A stretch of DNA of 64,000 nt from an uncultured cyanobacterium (GTDB lineage Bacteria; Cyanobacteriota; Cyanobacteriia; Leptolyngbyales; Leptolyngbyaceae): positions 1 to 64,000 of the forward strand of contig CAVYAN010000061.1 of the NCBI GenBank assembly GCA_963766075.1. The letters are read 5' to 3'. A program made the translations under genes and the position numbers. Shown one piece after another: positions 12,474 to 22,822 of the stretch; within the stretch, counting starts at the first letter, position 1, and every line of letters begins with the position of its first letter. The notes beneath the pieces were generated by a model that was not told the DNA's origin, did no database searches, and saw only the letters and a list, made by a program, of their open reading frames with translations.

Positions 12474-13658
12474 GTGAGTTTTGGGATTGCCACCGTTGGG
12501 TTAGGAGTATTGGCTCTTGTGGGATTGAGTGGACTTGCGCTAGAGGGTCAGTATCGGCGGCGGTTGGGAAATCGCTTAGAACTTACGACGGGAACGTGGC
12601 AGTTAGAGGTGTACGAACTCAAGCGCTACCTGCTGGTGGGAGAGCTGGATTTTGAAAACCAGACCCAAAATCTGGAAATTATGCTGACAGAGGTGTCGGC
12701 GACGGTACAGTTATTGGCATCGGGTAGTTTAGAAAATATTCATTCCCAGGCACGGCTGATTGCGTGCCATGAAGATATGCCCGCCCGAGCGGACGGCTAT
12801 TGGGAAGCCTATGTGGTGAAGGTGGGCGAGCGCGATCGCCTACGAATTGAAATCGACATTCAGGGACCAGCGCTGAGTGCCTTAGATCTGGCCTGGGTGC
12901 AGGTGCATTATGTTACCTATGGGCCTCAGGGTAGAATTCCAAGAACTCAGCATGTGATGGTGCCGTTGCGATTTCCCTCGGCGGAAGACTCCAAAAGCTG
13001 GCGACCTACGGTCGTGGGGGATGTGTTGCCGATTCGGACCCATCTGCTGACCCATTTGGATGATCCGGTGGAAATTGTCCGCCGCTATGTGCTGCCCAAT
13101 TCCCGCCCTGGAGATGTGGTGACGATCGGAGAATCGCCGTTGGCGATCATGCAGGGGCGTTTTCATCATCCCAGTACAGTGAAGCCCGGTTGGCTGGCGC
13201 GGCGGTTGTGCTATTTGTTCATGCCGACGTCCAGCTTGGCAACGGCCTGTGGCCTGCAAACATTGGTTGATATCTCCGGGGCGTGGCGGGTAGGTTTTGC
13301 TTTTGCGGCAGGGGCGATCGCCAAAGCGCTGGGTCGGCCGGGTGTTTTTTACCAACTGGCCGGGGAACAAGCCCGCCTCATTGATGATGTGACGGGCACG
13401 ATTCCGCCCTACGATCAATTTATTGTTTTGGGTCCGGCGGATTCCCAGGCCGTGGTGAATCGGATCCAAAGTGAAACCGGTCTACCGGCGGCGATCGTGG
13501 ATGTCAACGATCTGGGTGCTGTCAAGATTTTGGCGGCATCCTCTGGGGTGTCCACCCAGTTCCTCAAACAAGCCCTGGGCAAAAATCCGGCGGGGAATGC
13601 CAATGAACAAACCCCGATTGTCCTGATCCGTCCAATTCCTTCAGGGAAATCAAACTAG
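12474..13658 (+). CDS. CofE/F420-0:gamma-glutamyl ligase-like family protein with N-terminal membrane anchor
   Basis: IGESPLAIMQGR, IDDVTGTIPPYDQFIVLGP, IVDVNDLG and NPAGNANEQTP motifs; GTG 12474 follows GGAGAAG. Confidence 0.7.
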   Translation: MSFGIATVGLGVLALVGLSGLALEGQYRRRLGNRLELTTGTWQLEVYELKRYLLVGELDFENQTQNLEIMLTEVSATVQLLASGSLENIHSQARLIACHEDMPARADGYWEAYVVKVGERDRLRIEIDIQGPALSALDLAWVQVHYVTYGPQGRIPRTQHVMVPLRFPSAEDSKSWRPTVVGDVLPIRTHLLTHLDDPVEIVRRYVLPNSRPGDVVTIGESPLAIMQGRFHHPSTVKPGWLARRLCYLFMPTSSLATACGLQTLVDISGAWRVGFAFAAGAIAKALGRPGVFYQLAGEQARLIDDVTGTIPPYDQFIVLGPADSQAVVNRIQSETGLPAAIVDVNDLGAVKILAASSGVSTQFLKQALGKNPAGNANEQTPIVLIRPIPSGKSN

Positions 13659-13760
13659 GGCGATCGCGGATTCATCCCAGCTCCAACCGTAGCCAAAAAG
13701 TCGGGTGTGAACAGAGCTTTAAACAGTGCCTGAGCCTTAAATATGCGCCTTAAATAGTGG

Positions 13761-14936
13761 CTAAAAGTTAGTGGCTAAAAATTGGGCGATGCGATCGCCC
13801 GCTGTTTTCAGGATACCCGGTTCATGAACCAGCGCAAAGCGCACATAGCCTTCACCGGCTTTGCCAAAGCCCGCACCGGGAGCAACGGCTACGCCGGTCG
13901 CCTCCACCAATTGGGTACAAAATTCAACGGACTGCTCCGCCCAAGGCGCCGGTAGCTTGGCCCAGACATAGAGCGCTGTCTGCGGCAGGGGAACCTGCCA
14001 CCCCATGTGGTGGAGGGCTTGCACAAAGGTGTCGCGTCGTTGTCGAAAGGTCTCCACCGCCTCGTAGACGCTGGCTTGAGGGCCAGTGAGGGCCGCGATC
14101 GCCCCGTTTAAAATGCCCCCATATTGGTTAAAGTCCACCACCGCCTTGACCTGGCGCAGAGCCCGAATCAATTCCGCATTACCGATCGCATACCCCACCC
14201 GAAAGCCGCCCATGTTATAGGACTTAGACAGCGTAAAGAATTCTATCGAAACGGTTTTTTCGGGATCAGCTTGCAGAATGGATGGGGCAGGCCCCTCGCC
14301 AAACACCAAATCCACATAGGGAAAGTCGTGCACTAACACCAGTTCGTGCTGCTGACAAAAGGCCACCGCTTGGCGAAAAAAACTAAGGGGGGCGATCGCC
14401 GTTGTGGGATTGTGGGGATAGCTCAGCACCATCAACTTAGACTGGGCCAACACATGGGCGGGAATATCATCAAAAATCGGCAGGAAGTCGTTGTCTGCCG
14501 TAATGGGCATGGGATAAACCTGTCCGCCTGCGAGATACACGCCCCCCGCGTGGGAGGGATAGCCCGGATCGAGTAAGAGAGCAAAGTCGCCCGGATTCAA
14601 AATCGCCAGGGGCAAGTGCGCGGTGCCTTCCTGGGAGCCAATCAGGGGCAACACTTCGGTCTCGGGATCGACCACTATGCCGAATTTGTGGGCATACCAG
14701 GCGGCTGCCGCTTGACGAAAGGCTTGGGTGCCATGAAACAGCCGATAGCCATGGGTGCTGCGATCCGGCAAGGATTGGGCGATCGCGGTCAACACATGCG
14801 CGGGCGTGGGCAAATCCGATGACCCTAGGGAAAGATCAATAATTTCCTTACCTGCCTGACGGGCGCGGGACTTAGCCTGGTCCATATCGGCAAAGACATT
14901 GCCACGCAGGGCAGTAAGACGGGTAGCAAAGTGCAT
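13761..14936 (-). CDS. Class I/II PLP-dependent aminotransferase (LL-DAP aminotransferase-like)
   Basis: IDLSLGSSD, SYPHNPT, HDFPY, TLSKSYNMGGFRVG (PLP Lys) and GEGYVRFAL motifs. Confidence 0.88.
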   Translation of the reverse strand: MHFATRLTALRGNVFADMDQAKSRARQAGKEIIDLSLGSSDLPTPAHVLTAIAQSLPDRSTHGYRLFHGTQAFRQAAAAWYAHKFGIVVDPETEVLPLIGSQEGTAHLPLAILNPGDFALLLDPGYPSHAGGVYLAGGQVYPMPITADNDFLPIFDDIPAHVLAQSKLMVLSYPHNPTTAIAPLSFFRQAVAFCQQHELVLVHDFPYVDLVFGEGPAPSILQADPEKTVSIEFFTLSKSYNMGGFRVGYAIGNAELIRALRQVKAVVDFNQYGGILNGAIAALTGPQASVYEAVETFRQRRDTFVQALHHMGWQVPLPQTALYVWAKLPAPWAEQSVEFCTQLVEATGVAVAPGAGFGKAGEGYVRFALVHEPGILKTAGDRIAQFLATNF

Positions 14937-15017
14937 GGAGGTAGCCATGTAAAAGTGTGCCGTTTCAAGCTCGAAGGCTCGAATCACGCCAAAAACCGTA
15001 GACACTGGGGAAAGGCG

Positions 15018-16073
15018 CTATTCCACGGGAAGGTCATCCCCTAAGGCAAGGTCATCCCCTAAGGCAAGGTCATCCACAAGGGCATACACCCGGCCATCAA
15101 TCAGGAGGCGGGTAATGCCCTTGGCTTGCAGGTGGGACATGGTTTTTTGCAGAATGCGACTATCAGGAAGTTTAATCACGCGCTGGGTGCGGGGATTAGA
15201 AAATCGCTTGGCCACGCGATGGTTATCAAACAGCGGTAAGGTCTTTTCCTGGGTCTCGGAGCGAGGAATCTGCCCCAAATCGCCAAAATCACTGAGGGGG
15301 CGAGCCACTAATTCCGCCGAGCGATCCACCACAAAGTAGCAGGTTCGGGGTAAGGGCGCAGCAGTCAGCGGCAGGACTTGAATAGCAGCACCAGCCCGCA
15401 GCCCACTCGTAGCAATCAGGCTTAAGTCACTGGGAGCGTCATCATCGTCAAAGTCGTCCTCGTCCTCATCGCTAAAGTCGTCTAGGTCGTCTTCGTCCTC
15501 GTCTTCATCCTCATCCATGGCATGCTGATGAATTAATTCATCAGCGAGGATCTCCTCTAATTCTGTCGCATCATCGGTATAGCCCGTTTCAGAATGGATT
15601 GAGAGGGTGCGATCGACCATCTCGGCCACAGGAGCAATGTCAGCCAATACAAGAGGCTGCTCTTCTCCGATGGAGGCGGTTTCAGAAAAGGTCGGAGAAG
15701 CGAGGACAGAGGTGCGCTTGCGCGATCTCCGTCCTTTATCCCCATCCCCATTCGCCAAGGGCATTTCCAACTGGGCTGGCATCTTCGGCACGCGTATCGG
15801 CAACTCGACCACGGGTAGCTCGGCCACGGGTAACTCGGATACTGGCAACTCGGGTAATGACGATTCGGGTACGGACAACGCAGGCGATCGCCCACGCTTC
15901 TGCTGGATCAGTCCCTCATACTCCTGCTCAGAGAGAGTCGTTTTGAGAATCCGGCTGACAGTGCTGGTACTCACTCCGAACTGCGCGGCAAGCGTCGAAC
16001 TGGTCTCCGCCGTTGTCCGATACAGGGCCAAAATTTCTTGCTTGTCTGAGTCCGAAAGTTTGCGAAGGGTCAT
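15018..16073 (-). CDS. Cyanobacterial protein with N-terminal HTH, acidic linker and C-terminal domain
   Basis: HTH-like STLAAQFGVSTSTVSRIL; D/E-rich tract; C-terminal LPRTCYFVVDRSAELVARPL...KGITRLLIDGRVY. Confidence 0.7.
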   Translation of the reverse strand: MTLRKLSDSDKQEILALYRTTAETSSTLAAQFGVSTSTVSRILKTTLSEQEYEGLIQQKRGRSPALSVPESSLPELPVSELPVAELPVVELPIRVPKMPAQLEMPLANGDGDKGRRSRKRTSVLASPTFSETASIGEEQPLVLADIAPVAEMVDRTLSIHSETGYTDDATELEEILADELIHQHAMDEDEDEDEDDLDDFSDEDEDDFDDDDAPSDLSLIATSGLRAGAAIQVLPLTAAPLPRTCYFVVDRSAELVARPLSDFGDLGQIPRSETQEKTLPLFDNHRVAKRFSNPRTQRVIKLPDSRILQKTMSHLQAKGITRLLIDGRVYALVDDLALGDDLALGDDLPVE

Positions 16074-16131
16074 GCTGCTATGCAAAAAGAAGAAGCCTGC
16101 TCCATTCTATACGCCTCATCGCGACTTTAAA

Positions 16132-17280
16132 TCATGAAGCACGGCGACGACCCCCAGCCCGACTCCGCGCACGACTCGACAAGTCATACTCCAAAGCTGC
16201 TCCAATCCCAAATAACACACCACTAAATACCCAAAATACTTCCAGCAATCCACCGCTTTGATAATTTTCCAACTGATTCGTTGCGTACTTAAACCACATA
16301 TCCGCGATGTATTGACAGAACGCCGCCGCCGCAATCAACCGCCAAGATTGGGCAAACCGCCCACCCCAAAAAGCCAATAGTAAAGTTGTCGCGACGATCA
16401 GCAAGAAGATATCACTGGCGACGTAGTACCAATCCAGGGGTGCTTTCAGCGGTGCCAGCTTCTGCTCGATCGCCGCTGCCCAAGCAGGCGGTGGTGCCTT
16501 GGCTTCCTTGGGGACTTCCTTCGAGGGCGACTCTGGCGAGATCGATGCCGGTGCCGGGGACTGAATCACAGCGGGAGCCGCAGGGACAGGGACTGCTGAT
16601 GGCTTCGGAGAAGGCTTTACCTCTGGTGAGGCCGCAGGGCTGGCCTTGACAGCAGCCTTAGGGGTGACCTTAGGAGTCGGCTTGACCGACGGCTTAGCGG
16701 GGGGATCAGCCACTGGAGCAGTCTGGGCCACCGCGGGCGATAGCAACCCCGCCGGGGGTACCATCCCTTGATTGAGCATCGGCACAGACACCAAATAAGC
16801 CAGCGCCGCGCCCACTAGCGCAATCAAGCAAACAATGCCCCACTGCCAAATTTCCAAGTTTAACCGACGGGTAATGACAGCCTGCACCATACCAATAATC
16901 AGGAAAATGTAGGCAGGTATATAGAGTAAGTCACCTGGGGATACGCTGGGATTTTGACCCAGTCCCGTCTCCCAATAGGTAAAAAGCAGGCTCCCGACGA
17001 AATAAAAGAACAACCCTAACCCAATACAAAACCAAACATTGCGCCCACTAACAATTTGGGAACTGCTCCAGTTTCTCAAACAGAGAATGGCGGCCACTAG
17101 AAACGCGACTAATTCAAACAGTGACGTACCAAAGTTGTACCAAAAGGGAGGCTCACTCTGCCCCGCCAGGGAAATACCACCCAACAGGAAAAAAAGCAGG
17201 GCGGCGACCGCCCAGAAGACCTCAGCCAGGACAATGGCCTGAACGGATAGGGATGCTTTAGAGGAAGATGACTTGTCCAA
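16132..17280 (-). CDS. Hypothetical multi-pass membrane protein with a Pro/Ala/Lys-rich loop
   Basis: 382 aa; several hydrophobic helices on each side of a low-complexity loop; LAFWGGRFAQSW motif. Confidence 0.75.
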   Translation of the reverse strand: MDKSSSSKASLSVQAIVLAEVFWAVAALLFFLLGGISLAGQSEPPFWYNFGTSLFELVAFLVAAILCLRNWSSSQIVSGRNVWFCIGLGLFFYFVGSLLFTYWETGLGQNPSVSPGDLLYIPAYIFLIIGMVQAVITRRLNLEIWQWGIVCLIALVGAALAYLVSVPMLNQGMVPPAGLLSPAVAQTAPVADPPAKPSVKPTPKVTPKAAVKASPAASPEVKPSPKPSAVPVPAAPAVIQSPAPASISPESPSKEVPKEAKAPPPAWAAAIEQKLAPLKAPLDWYYVASDIFLLIVATTLLLAFWGGRFAQSWRLIAAAAFCQYIADMWFKYATNQLENYQSGGLLEVFWVFSGVLFGIGAALEYDLSSRARSRAGGRRRAS

Positions 17281-17577
17281 TGGAACCGCCTACTAAATTT
17301 CAATCAACAGGATGGTGTCAGAAGCAGCTTGGAACCACAAACCCATGAATTGAACCCTAAAGCTGCAAGGATTCAGCTCAATGACCGGGGATTCCCTAGC
17401 CTGTGACTAGGCTTCCCGGGTCAACCATGAACCCCTCAGGGATTTCAGAGGGTCGCCACAACGAAATAATTTAACGGGCAATTTTAAGCAAGGTTTAACC
17501 AAAAGTGCTGAAATCCTAATCGAAATTACCAAAAACGGACCAGTTCTGGAATATTTCTTTAGCTGCATAGAACCAGA

Positions 17578-18261
17578 TTAGTGCCAGAGTTTGCCTAGAG
17601 GGGATTTCCCTAACCACGTTTGGAACTGGGTGCGATCGCCGCTGGACAGATCTTGCAGGGTATCGATGGCCCGCTCGACAAATGTAGTATTGCCGAAATA
17701 GGCTTTACCCAGGCGATGGAGCTCTTGCAGCAGGGTATTTAAGTGATGCTCCTGCCAGTCAGGGAGTTGCACGGCATTCAGCGGGTCCATTGTTAGCAGC
17801 GTTTTAATCGCATCGGGCGTTTCTGTCTTGGGAAAGTGCCACTGTTTAAAGACTTCGGTAATATCTTTTTGAAACAACCCCGCCTGCCGATTGCCCAGCA
17901 AATCTTCGACATCAATATACACAGTTTGTAACATGAGCAAAGAGGCTTTGACGTGAGCGGGAGCCAATGCCCCAACAGCCATACCAGCGGGCGGGCCTGA
18001 ATCTGCCTCATTAGCCAGTTGCTCCAGTCGAATCTTTCCCCATACGCTGAACCGTTCCGGTTCTTCTAGCAGCACACAGGCTTTTCCCTGATTGTCTGTT
18101 AAGTCTCGCCAGAATGCCCGCGCCTCTTCTTCTTGGCCAGCATTAAAAACACTGATCAAGCGAAAGGTTTGCCCCTGGTAGGTCAGAATGGGAATTTGCT
18201 GATCCCGTTTGGGGTGCTGAATGCTGGAAATGACGACATCCTGCCGTTTCAAAATAAACAT
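17578..18261 (-). CDS. Npun_F0813 family protein
   Basis: Recognisable N-terminus MFILKRQDVVISSIQHPKRDQQIPILTYQGQTFRLISVF...WRDLTDNQGKACVLLEEP. Confidence 0.75.
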   Translation of the reverse strand: MFILKRQDVVISSIQHPKRDQQIPILTYQGQTFRLISVFNAGQEEEARAFWRDLTDNQGKACVLLEEPERFSVWGKIRLEQLANEADSGPPAGMAVGALAPAHVKASLLMLQTVYIDVEDLLGNRQAGLFQKDITEVFKQWHFPKTETPDAIKTLLTMDPLNAVQLPDWQEHHLNTLLQELHRLGKAYFGNTTFVERAIDTLQDLSSGDRTQFQTWLGKSPLGKLWH

Positions 18262-18748
18262 GGAAGTGCCGAGTTGCGGTGATCAGGACTGCATTATCTG
18301 GAGTAGGAGATTGGTATTGCCTGGAGCAGAGGATTGTATGGTTATACTATAATCTGGCGGTTCTGAACCTATTGATTGCAGGGAACCGCTGCACCAAGAT
18401 GATGCTGATGCGGCCTGAATCGCTTCAGATTTACTTCAGATTGATAGAGTATGCCCACATAATTGGGCAAGATGACGATTTATGCCATGGGACAATTTGC
18501 GCCATAGAGCGTGACGATCGCAGGGCCTTCAGCTTACTGGCTCACGAACTGGTAACTGAGCAACGCATCGGTGCGAGTGATTATGGCGTAAACTTGGGGC
18601 TATGTTTGAATAAGATGTCTAAAATAAGCGTGGTTTTGCTAATCATGGCCTGAAGGTTGCTTGGGGACTGGACGGGCCTCTGTATCGGCAGTGCCTTTCT
18701 TGAACAGGGCCTTTCCCGAACAGTGCCTTTCGTGGGAATTACACGTCA

Positions 18749-18821
<73 letters not shown>

Positions 18822-18828
18822 TTAGCTA

Positions 18829-18870
18829 AAAAATTCTGAGATCAAAATTCTGAGATCAAAATTCTGAGAT
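18829..18870 (+). repeat. 14-bp tandem repeat, about 3 copies
   Basis: AAAATTCTGAGATC repeated directly after the tRNA. Confidence 0.9.
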
Positions 18871-19091
18871 TTTTATTCAGGCATTCATGGCGATTTGCTC
18901 TGCCCTTGCTCTTGATCATTGCCTCCCAACGGAGCGAATTGATGCCTCGTTTGCCGGAGATGCATCTGCTGGGAACCAACTTACTGAAGGATATCTAACG
19001 CGGGCGCTTGGGGCTAAACCCGTCAGGAGATGCGGGAAGATAAAATATTGGGAGATGGATAAAATATTGGCAAATAGATGTGTACCGCATG

Positions 19092-19799
19092 CTACTGGCG
19101 CGATCGCCCCGCTTGAAAAGGGTTAAAGTTCGTTGCAATATCGTAATAATCTTCCTGTTCCTGCCATTTTAACCACCCCGTTAGCCAATACGTAACAGGC
19201 GTACAGAGAATCTCTACACCACATTTAAAGACATAATTAGAAAGAAGCAATGTCCATAGCAAGGAATTGGATAAAACTCCTCCAAAGGCAATCACCACAA
19301 ATAAACCCGTATCCAGAACTTGCCCAATCAAGGTGGAACTAATCGTACGAAACCACAAATGTCGCCCTCGGCTCACAATCTTCAGTTTCGCCATCATCCA
19401 AGAATTCGCAAATTCACCAACCCAATAGGCAATCAAGCTAGCCCCGACAATCCGGGGCGTCAAACCCAAAATCTGCTCATAGGCCACTTGGTTATGCCAA
19501 TCGGGCGCAGGGGGCAGTGCCCCCACTAGGATAAACACCAGGGACATCAACAGTCCTGCACCAAAGCCAATCCAGATCACCTTGCGCGATCGCCCATAGC
19601 CATACACCTCAGTCAAGATATCCCCAAAAATATAGCTGAGGGGAAACAGCACCGTCCCCCCATCAAAGGTCAGCGGTCCAACCTGCGTCACCTTGGCCGA
19701 AGTCACATTCGAGATCAGCAATACCGTCACAAATAGTGCCGTGATCGTATCCAAATGCTTAAACGCCTTCGGCGCGATCTCCCTACTGACTCCATCCAT
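19092..19799 (-). CDS. yhhQ: Queuosine precursor transporter (YhhQ/VUT family)
   Basis: LLISNVTSAK, FPLSYIFGDILTEVYG, RTISSTLIGQVLDT and TNFNPF motifs. Confidence 0.9.
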   Translation of the reverse strand: MDGVSREIAPKAFKHLDTITALFVTVLLISNVTSAKVTQVGPLTFDGGTVLFPLSYIFGDILTEVYGYGRSRKVIWIGFGAGLLMSLVFILVGALPPAPDWHNQVAYEQILGLTPRIVGASLIAYWVGEFANSWMMAKLKIVSRGRHLWFRTISSTLIGQVLDTGLFVVIAFGGVLSNSLLWTLLLSNYVFKCGVEILCTPVTYWLTGWLKWQEQEDYYDIATNFNPFQAGRSRQ

Positions 19800-19858
19800 C
19801 AATTCAAACCACTCCACCCCAAAATTCACACAGCCCAAAATCAACCAGGACAGCGAGC

Positions 19859-21073
19859 CTACGTCTGATTTTTCGTCTGCAGAGCCGCCAGCTTCACCTG
19901 CAACTTCACCGTTTGACCGTTGCGGCTCACTTCCACAGGTAACGCCACACCAATCGCACTGGCTTCTACCACTACCTGTACATCCGAAGCACTTTCGACG
20001 GGCTTATCGCCTACTTTCTGAAGAATATCACCCTGCTGAATTCCCCCCTGCGCCGCCGGTGAACCCTCCATAACCCTTACAATCAGCACGCCTTGATCTT
20101 GATTCACCTTAAATTTCGCGTCACTGTCTTGGTTGATTTCTTGGCGCAGGGTCGGTGTCAAGTCTGCCATTTGCACTCCCAGAAAAGGATGCTCCACTTT
20201 ACCCCGGGCAAACAATTGTTCCCCTACCCGCTGGGCAGTTTCAATCGGAATCGCAAAACCCAACCCCTGAGCATCCGCTCGGATGGCTGTATTAATACCA
20301 ATGACTTCCCCCCGATCATTCAGCAATGGGCCGCCAGAATTACCGGGATTAATGGCCGCATCGGTTTGAATGAAGCGCACCCGCTTGTCCGGCACGCCCA
20401 CCTGAGAACTGGACCGTCCCGTCGCGCTAATAATTCCAGCAGTCACGGTATTGTCGAGGCCGAGGGGATTCCCAATGGCGATCGCCCACTGTCCTGGAAT
20501 CAAATTACTCGAAGACCCCAAGGTGACCGTGGGTAAATTGGCAGCATCAATTTTCACCACCGCCACATCCGTCACCGTATCCCGACCCAACACCTTGCCC
20601 GTAAACGTGCGTCCATCCTTCAGGGTCACCTCAACTGTATCCGTCCCTGACACCACATGGGCATTGGTCAGCAATCGCCCATCAGCACTCAAGATAAATC
20701 CCGACCCCGTACCCCGTTCAATCCGTTCCTTCGGGACCGGAGCCTCGTCACCAAAAAATCGCCGGAAAAACGGATTATTCAACGCATCGGGCACATCAGC
20801 CTCCACTTTACGCGCTGCATCAATCCTCACCACTGCGGGACCCACTTTTTCCACAGCGGCAGCAATAAAATTCTCGCTATTAGGCCCCGGACTGGTGGTG
20901 GTGGCGATCTGGCCAGTTTTGGCCATCAGCGGCTGCACTAGGCCAGCATCGCCCAAATTTGCCGATTTGCCCTGGGATGGATGCAGCAGCAATTGACTAC
21001 TAATAATGCCAACGCCGCCCCCAATGACCAACAACGATGCCCCAGTGGCTAACTGTTTGAAGGATAAACTCAT
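19859..21073 (-). CDS. HtrA/HhoA/HhoB family serine protease with PDZ domain
   Basis: LTNAHVV, DVAVVKI and QTDAAINPGNSGGPL catalytic triad motifs; C-terminal PDZ domain. Confidence 0.95.
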   Translation of the reverse strand: MSLSFKQLATGASLLVIGGGVGIISSQLLLHPSQGKSANLGDAGLVQPLMAKTGQIATTTSPGPNSENFIAAAVEKVGPAVVRIDAARKVEADVPDALNNPFFRRFFGDEAPVPKERIERGTGSGFILSADGRLLTNAHVVSGTDTVEVTLKDGRTFTGKVLGRDTVTDVAVVKIDAANLPTVTLGSSSNLIPGQWAIAIGNPLGLDNTVTAGIISATGRSSSQVGVPDKRVRFIQTDAAINPGNSGGPLLNDRGEVIGINTAIRADAQGLGFAIPIETAQRVGEQLFARGKVEHPFLGVQMADLTPTLRQEINQDSDAKFKVNQDQGVLIVRVMEGSPAAQGGIQQGDILQKVGDKPVESASDVQVVVEASAIGVALPVEVSRNGQTVKLQVKLAALQTKNQT

Positions 21074-21535
21074 AGTTCCGACACATCCGACACAACAGAA
21101 CGCAGTGCTTCTAGCCTAGCCTAACTTCAGTAAGACTGAGCACGATTCAGGCATCGGATGTTCCTTCTGGTACATTACGAATCTATTTCGATTGGCTGAC
21201 TGCACTCGGGACTGTTGGTTGTGAAAATAGAGGGCACTTGGACCGAATGGGGGACAGGTCACTCAGGTTTGGTCAAGCTCAGGTTGGTCAGGCTCAGGCT
21301 CTACTCATCCAGACCTGATTCAGAGTTTTCTCTAGACCAATTTTCTCTACGCCAAATTGCCGATGTTCTTTCCCGGTTGCGGAAAGTGTAACGTGTTATG
21401 TGTAGATCCCCTCACAACTGAATAAAACCTAGCAGCACAGGCTGCTCAAAAAGCCCTAAAGCGGCTTTTCTCAGCCAATTTTGCCCAATTGGTCCGTCAA
21501 ACTGGTTAGTCAGCGCCTACAGGAGTGCTCATCAC

Positions 21536-22268
21536 ATGGATACAAATATTAATCTCAACCTTGCTCACACCGCTGCTCACACGGTCATGGATCCGCTCGT
21601 CGGCAATCCTGTCACCGTCCAGGCCATCGCCACCGAGCTACAAACCGCTTTAATCGCGGCTGAGGGAATTCACTGGGATCCTAGCCAGCCCTTGGAAGGT
21701 AACCATGTCACCATAGATGAAAATCCCCATGGACAGATTGTCTATCCGTGGAATCCAGCAGATCCAGCTACCGATGCCTTTTTTGAACGCGTAGAGCAGG
21801 TGGTTGGCTTTGAAGCTTGGCAAGAGGCAGAAATTGCCGCCCGGGCAACCTCCTTTTTTGCCCAGGTCGATCGCCTCTTGGGCTAAAACTTCAGCCCCAT
21901 CTGTGGAAACCACGCCCCTTCAGAGCAAGTTAGTGCAGAAGTTTGCCCTGCGGATGCCGGAGAATTTGTTAGCGGCGATCGCCCAACAAGCCCAATCCGT
22001 CGTCTCGTCGTCCCTGTCCTTAGCAGACCAACTGGTCCACTGTGTGGAAGACGTGTTGCCGACCTTTGCAGCAGAGGATTTGCAGGTCTTGGCCCGTCCC
22101 CTGGCCTTTGCCATGCGCGGCGAAGCAGAAGTAAAACCCTGGGAAGCCGTCCTGCAAAATGCGCGCCCTGTTAGTTGGGAAGCCCTTTCAGAGATTGAGC
22201 AAGCCCGGATTAGTTTAGCGATCGCTCGCTATGCGATCGCCGAATTTGATCCGACATCCCAGTCCTAA
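21536..22268 (+). CDS. Conserved-looking cyanobacterial hypothetical protein, possibly PatU3-like; split by a frameshift near 21880
   Basis: ORFs 21536-21886 and 21804-22268 join if one T is removed from CTCTTGGGCT; YPWNPADP and WEALSEIEQARISLAIARYA motifs. Confidence 0.65.
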
Positions 22269-22355
22269 GCGATTCCCGTCCCCAGCGATTTAAGCGCGAA
22301 GTCGTGAAGAACACATCGCAGCTGACATCGGGGTGACCGTTACCTGGAGGTCACC

Positions 22356-22583
22356 CTACATCGACTCAAATAGCCCCTTAAACCCTTCTAGCGTGGAGCA
22401 TTCATCAATAAATGCTTCCGCCTCACTGACATCTTCAAACTGGAACTGCATGATCCGGCTTTCATCCTCGCGCATTTTCTTCGTCGTCAAAGCTTTGGCG
22501 GGATAGGTGGCCAGTAGAGCATTAAACGTCTTGGCATGAACGCGCCAGCTTTCAGCCGAACAGAAAATCGAGACAAGCCACAT
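22356..22583 (-). CDS. Small hypothetical protein
   Basis: 75 aa from ATG 22583 (MWLVSIF...), alternating beta/alpha pattern; fills an intergenic gap. Confidence 0.5.
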   Translation of the reverse strand: MWLVSIFCSAESWRVHAKTFNALLATYPAKALTTKKMREDESRIMQFQFEDVSEAEAFIDECSTLEGFKGLFESM

Positions 22584-22822
22584 AGAGAGAGAGTCCAAAT
22601 CAGGGAGACATATCAAATACGCCCATTGTCTCATTGCTCTGCCGGATTGCCCATGGCCCGATTACCGACAACGCATGGCCCGATTTGCCCATGGTACTAG
22701 GCTAATAGCCCGAGGGCTGATCACTCGATGCTCAGAGAAAAGCCTCCAGAATTCAGGGAAGCCCTCTAGAATCCATAGAAAGCCTTTAGAATAAGTATTA
22801 CAATCTCAACCCCATCGCTACG

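Noticed and set aside
15018..16073. Transposase, suggested by the N-terminal HTH
   Set aside because: No DDE or HUH catalytic motifs, terminal inverted repeats or target-site duplication.
18279..18653. 124-aa and 79-aa ORFs flanking the tRNA (18279-18653, 18887-19126)
   Set aside because: No recognisable motifs; they overlap probable promoter regions or the yhhQ end, so they are likely spurious.
19800..19858. preQ1 riboswitch upstream of yhhQ
   Set aside because: The gap is short and has no recognisable preQ1 stem or A-rich tail.
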